Of a stretch of 64,000 nt of DNA, positions 1 through 13,000 are shown in pieces. A program made the position numbers and the translations under genes. Origin of the DNA: Amphiscolops sp. MND2022 (Eukaryota). The stretch covers positions 56,544,001-56,608,000 of the forward strand of contig OZ076415.1 of NCBI GenBank assembly GCA_964187785.1, written 5' to 3'. Within the stretch, counting starts at the first letter, position 1, and the number at the start of each line of letters is the position of its first letter. Under the pieces are notes generated by a model. The model ran no database searches and had not been told where the DNA came from. It was given only the letters and a program-made list of their open reading frames with translations.

Positions 1-534
1 AGCGACGGCCATGATGATCGGAATGACTAACAGACAAACCTGAAACGGAAAAGAAATAATATCAGGTATATATAAAGTATCAGAGGGATATCAGGTATTT
101 ACGATAAAATCAGAAATCAAAAGATTCTTGGTTTTGAACTAACGTTCAAAGACAGACTATTTCCGCTACATGAAGCTTGCCATCCTAGGTACTTGAGCAA
201 ATCCCCAATTTAGATTCGCGATAAACTTCAACTAGACAAACTACATACAAAGTTTCCAAATATCCAAATTCAAAGTTCCATACCCAACACCAGAAAATAC
301 AACGTTACAAAAAATCCAAGGCTCCGAAACTTCAATTGCCAGAGATTTCAAATGCTTAGGTTGACCCTCAGTATTACAGTGCGAATTTTTTAAAAGAAGC
401 TTTTTGAAAAACCCAATAGAGTGTGGTTAATCTATGACTTCTGCTGTATTTTAAGTTCGGATTTGTCAAAACAATGAACCAACGAGAATTGGCAGGTAGC
501 TCTCTTCACTTCATTCCTGCGCTAAAGTGTTAAG

Positions 535-998
535 TCAGATCTCGATATTGTCTGTCACATGGATAGCCTGATATAAAAAGGTCTCCCGAGTTCGTTTTTG
601 GTCCTGACACCCTTTCCTGCATTTTACACTCAAGGGTGAGGACACTTTAATGAATGGATGAGGATAGGAGAGAAGCATGAGGAAGTTGTTCATACCAGAG
701 ACAAGTTCCAAGGTCGCTGCCATCCATTCTTCCTGGGCTTCTTGGAAGCAGGGTTCCCAGGGGGTAAACACTTGGTCAAGGGAGCAGCCAACTCCTTGTC
801 CTGCCCACTGCCGTAAGTCTTGCCATGACCGTCGCTGCTCTTCTGCTGCTGCATCATTGCACAAATTAATATTGCTGATGTTACGTTAAGTTGTCAACCA
901 ATTACTTACTACATTTCCATCTATAACAGTTACTTTGCAATTCAAAATTACATCCTCCCTCTGTAACGACAACTGGTGGAAATGCAAACTCGTCGGTC
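535..998 (-). CDS. Last two exons of an unidentified spliced gene: join 998-952, 874-535
   Basis: Exon 998-952 (cag|GAC...AT|gtaatt) and exon 874-535 (cag|C...TGA) are phase-compatible and give DRRVCISTSCRYRGRININLCNDAAAEEQRRSWQDLRQW...HVTDNIEI*. No family recognised; upstream exons not resolved. Confidence 0.5.
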
Positions 999-2096
999 CT
1001 GTGAATGTAAAATCACTCTGGATATCTCGTAGGGCCCAATTTGCAAAAACTATAATTCAACGTGACGTACAAACCGATGGGCTAACACGGTGAGAACAGT
1101 GCATCTTTGAAGAGTTCATTCCAGCTATTTTACACGTTTCATGAATATTTTGCTAAACGTTGATAAAGTTCAACTGACAATAAAAAGGCTTTAATTACAA
1201 AAACACACAACTGTTTTTTCTCTACTCCGGCGTCTTCGTTTGCCGAGAGTTCCGCGTAATTTCTGAAGATTGAAATAGTCAACCCCCTTCATAATCTAGC
1301 CTGACCTAGCTATGTCTCAATGTTTAAAGACAGTAATGGTACAGACCCCCAGCGTTTTTTTCAAAGTGTTCCATTATACTCCCTTAAAATTGTGCTCCCT
1401 GCTAATAGTAAAACCAGAATAACCGTGAAAATGATGGCGAAATGGCCTCTAAAACTCGGCAGCTTTAAAATCATTCACTAATCAAGGCTTATGATGAAAG
1501 TTGACTGTGATAAAACTAACAGAGATCAAGAGATTGACGACTTCGGACTTATTAGCTGTCGCTTGATTCAAAACATTTTTGAGCATCAACCACATAATAA
1601 AGCCAATTAGTCTGCTGCAGTAGGGATTGTCAAATTTTCAGAGCAAAATGAAAAACAAACCCATTTGCGGTTATCTAGAATGTTTTGACTAGTCAACTAT
1701 TCCAAATGTTGCAGCGACGACTTCCTTAGTAACCGTTAAAGTTTGGCAAACTAAGTAACCAAACATTCGTCGCCGAAGATTTCAATTGTTTAGATTAAAC
1801 TTCATGTAGTAGTGTAGGTTAAACTTCTAAACAACCTTGTGTAGAAATAGCTATTTCGAAATATATTAGGATGCAATTTCCGAAATCAGTAAGGTTTATG
1901 AACTTTGGCTATACTCTTCCGTGTATACTTTTTCAGCGAACTATTATTTCCGCTGATTCTTATCATCAGAATTATGTTCGCATACTGCTGGGAGAAGCAG
2001 TAATATTTTGGTGAAAAAAAGTTAGCGGCGTAATCATAATATTCCAGAAATGTTTGACACAAAATCACCGAAGAAAAGCCGGTTTTCAGCTCCTAA

Positions 2097-2570
2097 AAAT
2101 AGGCCCATGCGGAGCACAGTATTATATCTGCTTTTATGATTTCGTGTTCAATAATAATGCATATCTTAATCATTTATATAGCGCACATTTAATCACTACC
2201 AGTTTACACCGCCTTTATTTCTTATCGGACTAAAGAAAATATAACTACTAAACGTATGCAGTACTAAACGTATAACTACTAAACTAAACGTTTGAATGCA
2301 GGCGAAGCTCTCGGCGAACGAATAATTAAAACTCGTCCGCTTCATCTCAATAACTCGGCGTACGAAAGCATAATTACCACTCGCTCGTTCCATCGCACGA
2401 GAAACGAATTGTTGTCGGCAATGGGAAATTTAAATCTCGCGCTTATACTCACTGCCGAACAAAATATCTGAATTTTTCAGTAGGCACTCGTAATCACGAC
2501 AAAAATTGAACTGAAAAAAGTTCAATAATTCAGAGCTCAATAATATTCCGTGGCCCGAAAAGAAATTGAA
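2097..2570 (-). mobile_element. Interspersed repeat family A (probable non-autonomous Helentron/DINE-like), copy 1
   Basis: Core taatcactaccagtttacaccgcc...tgaatgcaggcgaagctctcggcgaacgaataatt...catcgcacgagaaacgaattgttgtcggca recurs at 5775-6135 and 17041-17830, with fragments at 37630-37705 and 40108-40210. One end is a GC-rich stem-loop followed by a T-run on the minus strand. Confidence 0.7.
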
Positions 2571-4042
2571 AAACACGACGAAAAACCAGTATTATAATCG
2601 CGTTTTATTCGATAAGGGGTCGATTAAAAACTGCAATAGATGGGGGTCACGGTCTCTTGAAGTTTTTACATCTCTCTTGAAGCCCAGTCGTTCCACTTTT
2701 GGGTTTCTTCGGGACAGTGAGAATTTTGGAATGTACGAAAAAAACTGCTTCAACTTGAAAAACTTCGGTGCATTTCGAGCCTTGCGCAGAGTGCCGACTT
2801 GGGTCGTTTCGGGCTTGTTCAGTTATGAAAACTAACTGATTGGTTCAGTAGAGTGATGGCCTTAAAAAAGTTCACTTTAATAATTAAGTTTTGATAATCC
2901 CTACTCTGACCTTAAGTCGAATAATAAAACCACTAAGTGTTTTGCTGATAGAAACTGTGATGAGGTCAATGTAAATTCTAAGTGTTCAAACAGTGAATGA
3001 TAACAACCAATGATGAATAGAAAACCATGTGAAAACTAAGAATAAATAAAATTTGCATTTAGCACCATGAACAACTTCAGTCGGAAACAATTGAAGAAAT
3101 GACATTTTAACATAAGAGACAAGAAGTTGAAAGCTAACAATTTCAATTTACAAGGCTTTGCAAAGCAAATTTGGAGATGTAGGAGCTAATTTAGATGCGC
3201 GTTTGCAGTAATTGTTTACATACATGATCCGAGAACGAACTTCCAACTGAAGGCCAATCAGAAAATATAGCCCAAAATCAGTTCGATGCTTTACGCGTTC
3301 AAAAAATTCAACAAAGTTACGCAATTCCGGAAGCAAGTCGAAAGTAGACCTTTCCCCTGAAAACAAAAAATGCAAAAACATTTCATGTTATCTTGAGGAG
3401 GGCACACGGAAGCGGACTTCGATTTCGTAGAGTCGTTTTGATGTATACTTTTTGAAATTAATGGGGCCATTTTCGGGGCCAAAAAACTCATGCTTATCAA
3501 GCGCACTTCCAAAAATGATTTTCTTTATTATTTTGGCACAATCTTGGATTCTTGAGATTCATTTCAATTCTTGGTAACAATCACGTGCGGAAGAAAGAGT
3601 TTCAAGAATAGACAGAATTCTATTCAATAAATCTGAAGTTTTCACAGATGACACCCTCGCAGTGTAGAGTTCAAACTTGCCTCAATTGTGAAACTGAAAA
3701 GTTCACACCACCTTTTGGTAGAAGGAAGGGCTTTCGAAGAGATACAGGTTCTGCTGCCAAAAACAGCACGAGACTACGTTATCCTAACAGATTAAGTCAT
3801 GATGCAATTCTATTTTCGGTCATGATGAAGTTACAATAACTGTCATTCACTTTTTCGACCACTGCGAAATACAGATTCCGTGGGCGCGGACTGTAGAGAG
3901 GACCCAATTTTAATTACGCTCTGAACAAAAAAACCAAGCTTTAACTTTCAACTCCGTGGAAAAAAGTTCACGTAATCGTAAATCCTGCAATGAATATGAT
4001 ATGACACAATTATGATTTAGCTGCAGTTGAGAATTGTGTTTG

Positions 4043-7000
4043 TTAGAAGACATTGAGCTCCCCGGCTATGGCAGCAATGTTGATGGCAGTCTGCTCGTTC
4101 AAACTGCTCTCTCCGAAGAGACACTTGAAATGCTCCGTGTACTGCTCGCACTTCTGGTTCGGCATCAAACCTACGTCATCGTAGGCAGTGTTAGCGATTA
4201 ATTACAATAATTATCATCTTTTACAGTCTCAGTATAAAAACTACAACAGTCTCCGTACTTTTTCCTAAAACATTTTCGCTCGCAGTGAAATATGTCAGAA
4301 GAATTTTTCTCAAAGAATTTTTTCCTTCAATGAGGATTTGTCATATGAGGTCCACGGAAAATATATAATTCAATCGACAGAACTGCATGATACCGAAGGG
4401 TTTTCAAGACCCTTGGGTTTCGGAACTGTGCAATTTTTTCTCAAAATTGTCTCACTCAAAAAAAGTCCTCTACTGCATTCTTTCTATATTTTAATTCGGA
4501 AACTAGTCTAGGAATTTTGTGTCCAAAGAGTTTCCATATACATTTTTAATGGCACTCACTGAGATTTTCCAGCCTTTCCTTGAAAACAGCCTATAGAACA
4601 TTTAAATCGTTCTTTTTGAGCCTAAAGTGGGACGCCCACTTGAGACGCTTCCGTCTTGTTTTCATTGAAAATAAGGCTGCCGGCATTACCTCGATGGTTG
4701 AATTCTGTAGCGTTGAAATTCTCAAAAAACTTGTAGGTGGAGTAAAACAACACACGGTCTCCCTTGTTCTTGGCTACTTCCAAAAACTTGTCAGGCCGCT
4801 TCAGGTCTGCCTTCAAACCAAACTTCTTGGCGAAGTTGATGGCAGTTATCACATCTCCGTTTGACAGAAGCAATTCTAGGATTTCTGAAACAGCGGAAAA
4901 TAGTTGCAACAAGTAGAGCATAGAGTAGGAGCGAACTTGAAATTCGCAAATAGTTCATTTCATAAAAAAATGAATTTAAATACGAATCCTCGACAGTTTT
5001 TGAGCATACCATAAAAATTAAATACGATTTTTAAAAGTTTGTCACTATTTCAATAAAATCGAGGTAGCCCCGAAAATTAGTCATTGACAATTCAGGTTAT
5101 CGACGAACACCTTAAATTAAAGGCAAAGTTTATGATTCGACAGAAACAGTATGAGAATTGCAAATCGAATCAACGACAGAAGCATGAATGTACAATGACG
5201 GGGAATTCCCAAACAGCCGAAATCCCAAACAGCAGAAAATGAAAAATTGGTCTCAAACAGCAGAATATTTCTTTATGCTGCAATTTGATTGTCTGAAATT
5301 TGAAATCGAATTGATTTCACTTAGCTGGAAACGCGTGTCAGATTTTGTCGGAATTATTACTATAACGTAGTCAGCTATGTTCACATACCCCTAGTGCCCT
5401 AAATGCAGGAGCGAAGCGGAGCGACGTGCCATATGGCTATGCCTCAATGTTGCTACTTGGCGAAGGGAGCGAAGCGACCGAGCCATACAACAAATATGCA
5501 AACTTTTGCAAATAAATCAAGTTGCAACATATTGGCTGTTACAGCACTAAAATTAAGTAAGTTGAATTCTGCTGTATGGGACCAAATTTTTATTTTCTGC
5601 TGTATGAATAGGCACCACAATGACGAAAGATGGTTTTAGTGAATTTCAATATACAATAGTCCGACAAACTTTACTGTTCCACTCGAATATCGAACGAAAT
5701 AATTAAACTCCAAACGTTTGAATAAATTCTTCCAAACAATACGGTTTACAATTTCGGGTGCAGGAGTATTAAAAAATAGCGCGCAATTAATCACTCTACC
5801 AGTTTACACCGCCTTTTGTTCTTCTCGGACTAAGAAAATATAATTACTACGCGTAGACGAAGTTTCGCATTCGCATTTGAACGCAGGCGAAGCTCTCGGC
5901 GAACCAATAATTAACACTCGTTCGCTTCATCTCAATAACTCGGCGTACGAAAGCATAATTACCACTCGCTTGTTCCATCGCACGAGAAACGAATTGTTGT
6001 TGGCAGCTTGAGAAATTTAATTCTCACGCTTACCACTGTCGAACAAATTATCTGAATTTTTCAGTAGGTACTCGATATCACGACAAAAAGTTCAATTGTT
6101 GAGATTTCAATAATATTACTGCTATCGAAGAAATAATAAACGATTACTTAATTCAATTTTTGCAAGAAAAAACGTAGAATTTTTTATACTGTGCGGGTTT
6201 TACAGATGAAAAGTTGGTATTTCTCCAAATTCAATTTCAAACTCCATAGAAAATTTCAAATTTGCACAATCTCTTAGTTGCCGCTAATTTGAATCGCTGA
6301 AAAATTTCTGCGCGGCCTCTGATTAGAAAAAAATTCTAATTCGCTGATTAGTAGTGTCAAACTCTAGTTCTTTCAAGAGAAGGGGGCCAAGTCCTGTCTG
6401 TACCTGGATATGCTTTCACCCCGATGCGCTTGAGCATGTCCAGAGCCAGCTGGATGGCAGGCGGGTAGTCTCTATGCAGAGTGAGCAGCTTGCACGCCAT
6501 CTGTTTGCGGTCATTGATGACGTAATACTGGAGCAGTTGATGCAATTGGTAGTACTGTCCTGTGCGAACCAGATGACTCACCAGAACATCTTCCACATTG
6601 AAGTCCACTTCTGAAATGGTACAAATTTGGAACGATCGATTTGAACAACCTTCGGTTCTCACCTCGCATGATTGTCAAATAATCTTGGGCAGCAGTGATT
6701 ACTTTCAGTTCAAAAGTTTTGGTGTAGCTCATTGAAGCTAAAAACGTGAGAACTTGAAGTCCGCATTTAGGGAAGGTTAAAAAAGCGTTAGGCCCTTAAA
6801 AATTTGTGGAACCTATTTCCGATAAATTTGCAAAAAGTGCTTAGTAAACCAAGGAGAGGACATTCGGGCTGTTTTCGCTTCCATACGGGGCAAATTATTG
6901 AGATATTGAAAGGGGTTCATTTTTGAACAAAAAATTGAAAAATCACCACTGAAAAGTGTCCAAAGGGGACCTGTTGAATGATTTGCAAATGTTCCACGAA

Positions 7001-10000
7001 ATTACTGAAGTAATTCTGTTCGAAAGTGAACCATCCGAAGCGAGATCTGTGATCTGAAAAAAAACAAAGATCTGAGAATTATTGCTAGAGTCGGATACTT
7101 GGCCGACTTAAAAACGTACTTTCATAAAGATTAAACTCTAATAACTCATCAAGAATCAAACAGTTTCTTTCCAGCATAGATTTTACTTTTCAACGAAGAG
7201 TAAAACTGCCTATCGTCAATTTACACATTTAATTTTGGTCAAAAAGTACATTTATTGAAATTTTAAACTTAAATGGCAACTTCAAATTGCTGCATTTAAA
7301 TTGGGCGTCATTAAATTATTTGAAATTTCAATGATAAACAAGACGCCCGCCAAACACCGGTTCGAATCCACGACCTCGTGTCTGCTAGGCAGACGCACTA
7401 CCAACTGGGCTACGGTGACTAAAATATTCAAATGACTTTACAAAATGGAGTAATTAAAGTGGAGATTTGGCAGCATTTGGAAAAAAACGCAACACAGATT
7501 ATAATTTTCTCCCCATACACAAACAAATTTGTGGGTGCGGAAGATATTAAACCTATTCAAATTGAGTTATGTAAATGTAAAGCATTGATGATAGTGTTCT
7601 GGAAAAAGAAAAAATGTACTTTGCTAGCATATGGTGACAGTTCGGTGTGCACGAGAAAGTGAGTACTAACTAAAACAATTGTTGAGCAGGGACTGTATGA
7701 ACTCAAGCATGACGGCCACGATGAAGCGGCTTCGTTCTGGGGACACCATTGGCTGGTAGAGCATGTCCTCGAAGATGGTGAGCATGTCCGACTGATGCAG
7801 CACTGAGTTGCTGTGGAATCCGTACACAGGTCTGCCAGCCGAAGTGGTGCTGCCCCCTGCCGACTGCACTGCAATAGATTGGGAACTGCCCCAAGACCCC
7901 AACACTCCTCTGTCCAGCTCCACAAACTTCCTACACAACCAGGTACCCTTCAGACCAATCGAAAGTTATACAACCCGAAGAGGCGTTTCTAACGTTTATC
8001 GAGGCTATGAGAACAAAAACTTTTATTGGATAAATCATTCCATTTTTCAATGTTTTCAGAAAATTGTTTTTATACACACCATTTTATGATGAGTCCGAAA
8101 CTCATGTCCAAGATTCAAGGATTGTGGCAAGCTGCATATACTTTAGCCTCTACGACTTGAAATTAGTTCATGCTCTTGACCAGCTTTTTCAGTTTAGATC
8201 CTTGTGCTTCTAAAACTGCTTCAAATGCTAATTTACGGTTCACTTTTTATCTTCATTTACGGTTCAATTTTTTGGATATCAGCTTTACCTCTCAAATTTG
8301 TCTTGAGTTCTACCGGTCACTTATCGGCTCAGATTATCGAGTGGGCAATAAAACCTTTTTTCAAACTTTAGCTCCCCGATTGAATTTGAGAATGTCATAT
8401 TTATTAGACCATTTGTTTATGGTCGCTCACCTGTAGGCATCGTTGGATATGTCAAACAAGGTTGCAGACTCGGCGAGCGTGACTGTCTTCTCAGAGAAAA
8501 ACTTCTTGAACAAATCCAGTTGCAACTGGCGACTGTTGTATCTCATCTGCAGGAAGCGCAACAAACTAGTGTTCGTGGTGAAGTTAGGCGCCATGCGTTT
8601 GAGGTCAAGAGTCAGTTTCCACATAGCACCAATTTGAGGATTGATTATGACATCAGGGCGGAAAACTACCCACGCTTTGTCGTACAGAACAACTGCCTGA
8701 AACCAAATAGTTTAAGCAGGATTACAGAGACTCAGCTCCAGCTTATCTTTCTACATCCATATTTACCAAAGACAGTTGTTTTAAATCTTAGTTGTTGCTA
8801 AAAGCTAAGCAAACTAAAGAGTGGAGAAATGGGACTAAAAATCCACTGTGCAGTAGCTAGAGAAAAGGAAAGTCCCAATAAAAAATCCTCTTCTTTAAAA
8901 ATTGCCACCTTTCAATTTTGATTAGCGAATTCAATTTTCTCCGCAAATCAATTTCGACGAATAGCTCGAGATATTCGACCACGAAAGATTCCTTTGTTTG
9001 TAGTTTGTTTCAAGTGTGTGTATGCAGAGAACAGCATTAGAACCCTGGAAGGTGTGTTGACATACCCTGGATTTGCCGGTGAGAGGATCGTGGAGGTCTG
9101 GGGCCTTTGCGATGGCGGCGGGCAACAGCAGTGGGTCTAAGAAAGTGGTGAAGCCATCACTCTCGCCCGGCAGTCGCACGTCGAACAACATCGACACTTT
9201 CAGCTCCTGATAGTGCACTACTACTAGGTTGTCCACAGTGTTCACTGCAAATGAACCTGCTTCAGATGCCAACCTGTAATGTGTAGCATACTCACTGAGT
9301 ATCAAGTTGCGTTTCAGTTAGTCAGCAAATTTTACAAGAATGGCCCAATCGGGCGCAGAAATTGCTTAGTCGAGGGGAATAATTTGATGAAGAAAACTGC
9401 CCGAAATGTTTTACTTTTCAATCAACTATGCCTAAGGAGACGCAAAATAAGACAATGATAGTCGATAAGTAAAAACAAGACGGCGCTAAAAGGTTTTTAT
9501 GAAAATTAAAAACGCCTTTTTCCTAACTGACAGTGTAAAAAAACAAAAGGGTGTCGCCAAAGTGAAAATTCTCAAAGTCACACAGTGCCAGGAAAAACCC
9601 AAATGAGAGACGCTCTGGGCTTAAACGAGCTTTTTGTCACCTCAAAATAACTCAAGTGAAACCCTTTGGGGAAATTGAAAACTTTTTCCAAAAAGTCACG
9701 TTGTGCCAAAAATTTCGTAGGTAATGTAAAACTATGGACAATTGAAATGGAGGACCCTTTGGAGAATGTTAGGACACTTCAGTTCTAAGGCTATATGATT
9801 GTAAAAAGTTGATTTTCCGGAGTGATAATTGTAATCTTACAAAAAACAAGACTGAAGTCAGCGCCCCGCTTATGGCTCAAAAAGCGTAGTCTCAAATATA
9901 TATGGCTGGAACAAAGAATGGTTTGAAGCAAAATTTCAAAAAACTTCAGAGATCCAAAATCCCGATGGGTGCCCTGTTGGCCTAGGGCAAAAGGTCATAT

Positions 10001-13000
10001 GAAATTTATGAAAATTAATAAAGGTGGACGCTTCAGAGTGACAGGCGAAAAAAACTTGCCACTGTGAGAGTCTAGAACTTTTTACAAGTAAAAAGCACAG
10101 ACTAAAAAATGAACTTGATGAAACAAAATTTGTAAATGAAAAAAGTCCCACAGTGCCGAATGAACCATCTGATAATGTCAAGGCTTGCAAATATTTTTAA
10201 AAAATTAGTCCTAGCCCGGTTTTGATCCGACCATATTCTGATTGGTGAGACCGGTGATTGCCGAACTTTTGACTAGGTAAATTATAAACAGCAAGGTTGT
10301 ACGCTTACTATAATGAATTTCTGACGCTGGATTAGTTGGCTCGGAGATATGATGATTCCATAATGGTATATGAATGTTAATGGTTTCATTTAGGGTATAA
10401 TCAAATCGATATTAAACATAATTCTGTGGTTTATACTGTGTCAATGTTTCGTATAATTGAAGATCAAGGCGATGACAATGAATCGAATAAAACATGAGCC
10501 ATACTAACGCTGATTCATTTTGGTGCCCAACATTTGAAATTCTAGAATTGAAAATTTTGGTGCAGTAATACTATCTTGACATGTTTTTCAAAGCGTTGAA
10601 CAATTTTCAACACGAACTTGAATGAAGATTAGATCTCTCAACTTGAATAAACACTGTTTATAAATAGTGAAATCCTCATGAAGTGGAGGACCGATTTACA
10701 AAGCAAAACACCAAAAGTTATTGAAAAGGTAAAAAAACTGACGTTCAGGATATGCACCCACTTGGGATTGTCATAATTCACGACAGCCTTCCCTCCTGCA
10801 CTACTATGCAGTCCATCATTGTGGTTAAATTGTTAATTTCTCTTAACCATTTGGTTAAACCAAACTTGGTTAAATGTTTTTAATTTTCTTCCGTTCATTT
10901 AACCATATAATTTAACAGTTGGTTTAACAAATGTCAAACAAGTTGTTGAATACGTACATCACTGGTGCTCATTCACAAAAAGCTCACCTGAGAATGAAGT
11001 CTTTCTTGGCAGGTGCTTCTCTAGAAATGCGATAGAGCACGAGTTCGGACGCGGGTTTGGGGGAGTTGGGCATGGCGGATTGCTTCCTGATCACAGACAC
11101 GTAGCTCTCGCCGTACACGGTCAGCAGAGACACGGCACTCTCCAGCAGAATCTGTTTCTGGCCAGGTCTTTTGGACGACATCGGCATGTCCACCTCGAAC
11201 TTGGCCAGTCTACTGATGCTGCCACTCGAAGTTCCTCAACGTACAAGTACAACTTCTTGAAAGTAGTTGAACATATACATCAGAAAGGTACAAACAAATT
11301 CCCACAACGCCACGAGTGGACGGGCGCCCATGAAAGGTTATCTTTTTTTTAGAGCCGAAGACATGGTACTTTCATTGCGACCAAATCATCGAACAATAGC
11401 TTCAAAATGCATCGCCCAATATCACTATTGCATGGATATCAACAGCTGCTTTTTAGTCGGCGCTTTTCTTAAGAAAAGCGTCGACTACAGTCATGACTTT
11501 TCGTCAGAATTTTTTTTCGATACACCTGAAGTGACCAAAAACGTTCTACAAAAATTAAAGGAAGGCGCCAAATTGTATCTGTTGGCCCAAGGTTTTTCCT
11601 TTTTTCTCGCGTAACATACAATACCGGGCGAGACTAAAGGACCCTTTGTTTTTCGGCATTGCGAGACTTTTTTTCGAAAAAATTCCCCACGGGTCCTTCC
11701 AAATTTTTTTTGGAGATTTGCGACAGCATGGATGTTGAAAAATCCCAAAGAGTCCCCCCTTTCAGTTTTTTCGGCATTGTGAGACTTTTCAAAAAAACTT
11801 ATTATCAAAGGGTCTTCTCTTCAATTTTTTTTGATGATTTGTGACAGAATGGATGAAAAATCTCAAAGCGTCCCCCCTGGTGCGCCCATTCGGTCCAACT
11901 TTTGGTTTTTTCCGGTACTGTAGAATACTTTGACACATTGAAGTCCTTTTGCTATTTTTGAGCCTTAGATATGGCGCCGACTTGGGCCGTTCCCGGCTTG
12001 TTTCAGAATGGTTCAACCATAATAACGTCGCAACCAGGCACCCAAATGAAAGTGAGTTGTGAGATTCATTCATTAAAAGATTACACAACTGCACCGACCT
12101 GTTTTGAATATGAATGGATGCAGAACATTCTGCTGATCGGTGGTGGACACAACAAGCAATCCCTGCACGTCGAATGCCGTCCCATTGCTTTTGGGCAGAA
12201 GTGGCATGAGATGGAACACAGACCAGCTCACATTCATAGACACACTCTTGACTAGTTTCACTTGCTGAAACACCACGCACAACACATTCCATCTCTTTTT
12301 GAGTCATTACTTCACACTTAAAGAACCTGAACGCGCCCCCTTTTTGTTGGGGCAAAAAAGCAGGTTTAAAAAAACTGGCACATTTTTAGATGGCACGTTT
12401 TTTCGCACCCAGGGTTCAATCTTTTAAGTTTTGGATTTTGCAAAGCCTACTACTTAGAATTTTTTACATCGTCTGGAGGATAATCAGAGAAAGACAAAAC
12501 AGTCAGAAAACAACCATCGAGTATCCTGGTATTTTCGTAACCTTCAAAGGTTCCATTGCGAGGACACTAACTTTTTTGGCAGCATTGACAGAGTAGTATT
12601 CAACAGAAGCATTAGTGATGAAAAGCAGCTGGCAGCTTCCGATCCAGAAGAACTCCTGCAGTTTGGCATTTTTGGCTTTGCAATGCTGGTAGAAAGCAAA
12701 TTCATACACGTCTGGCTCCTTCAAAGAATCATGTCCACTTTGTACTAATAGCTTATTTTTTAAAACCTGATCTCAGCTGACAAAGTAATGTTTTTATCAT
12801 AGATAATCATTGCAAAACCTAATTGAAACATTCGAAAGTTTCAAAATATAAATTTATTGCAACATTTTTTTGAAAAAATGAAACAAGGTCTCAAACCATA
12901 AATGTTAGTGATATTTTGCAACATGCAAATAAAATTCAGACATGGAATTTTGAAAGCAGCAATTGTCCAAAACATCCCCTAGTTGGAGAAAACGTTGACA

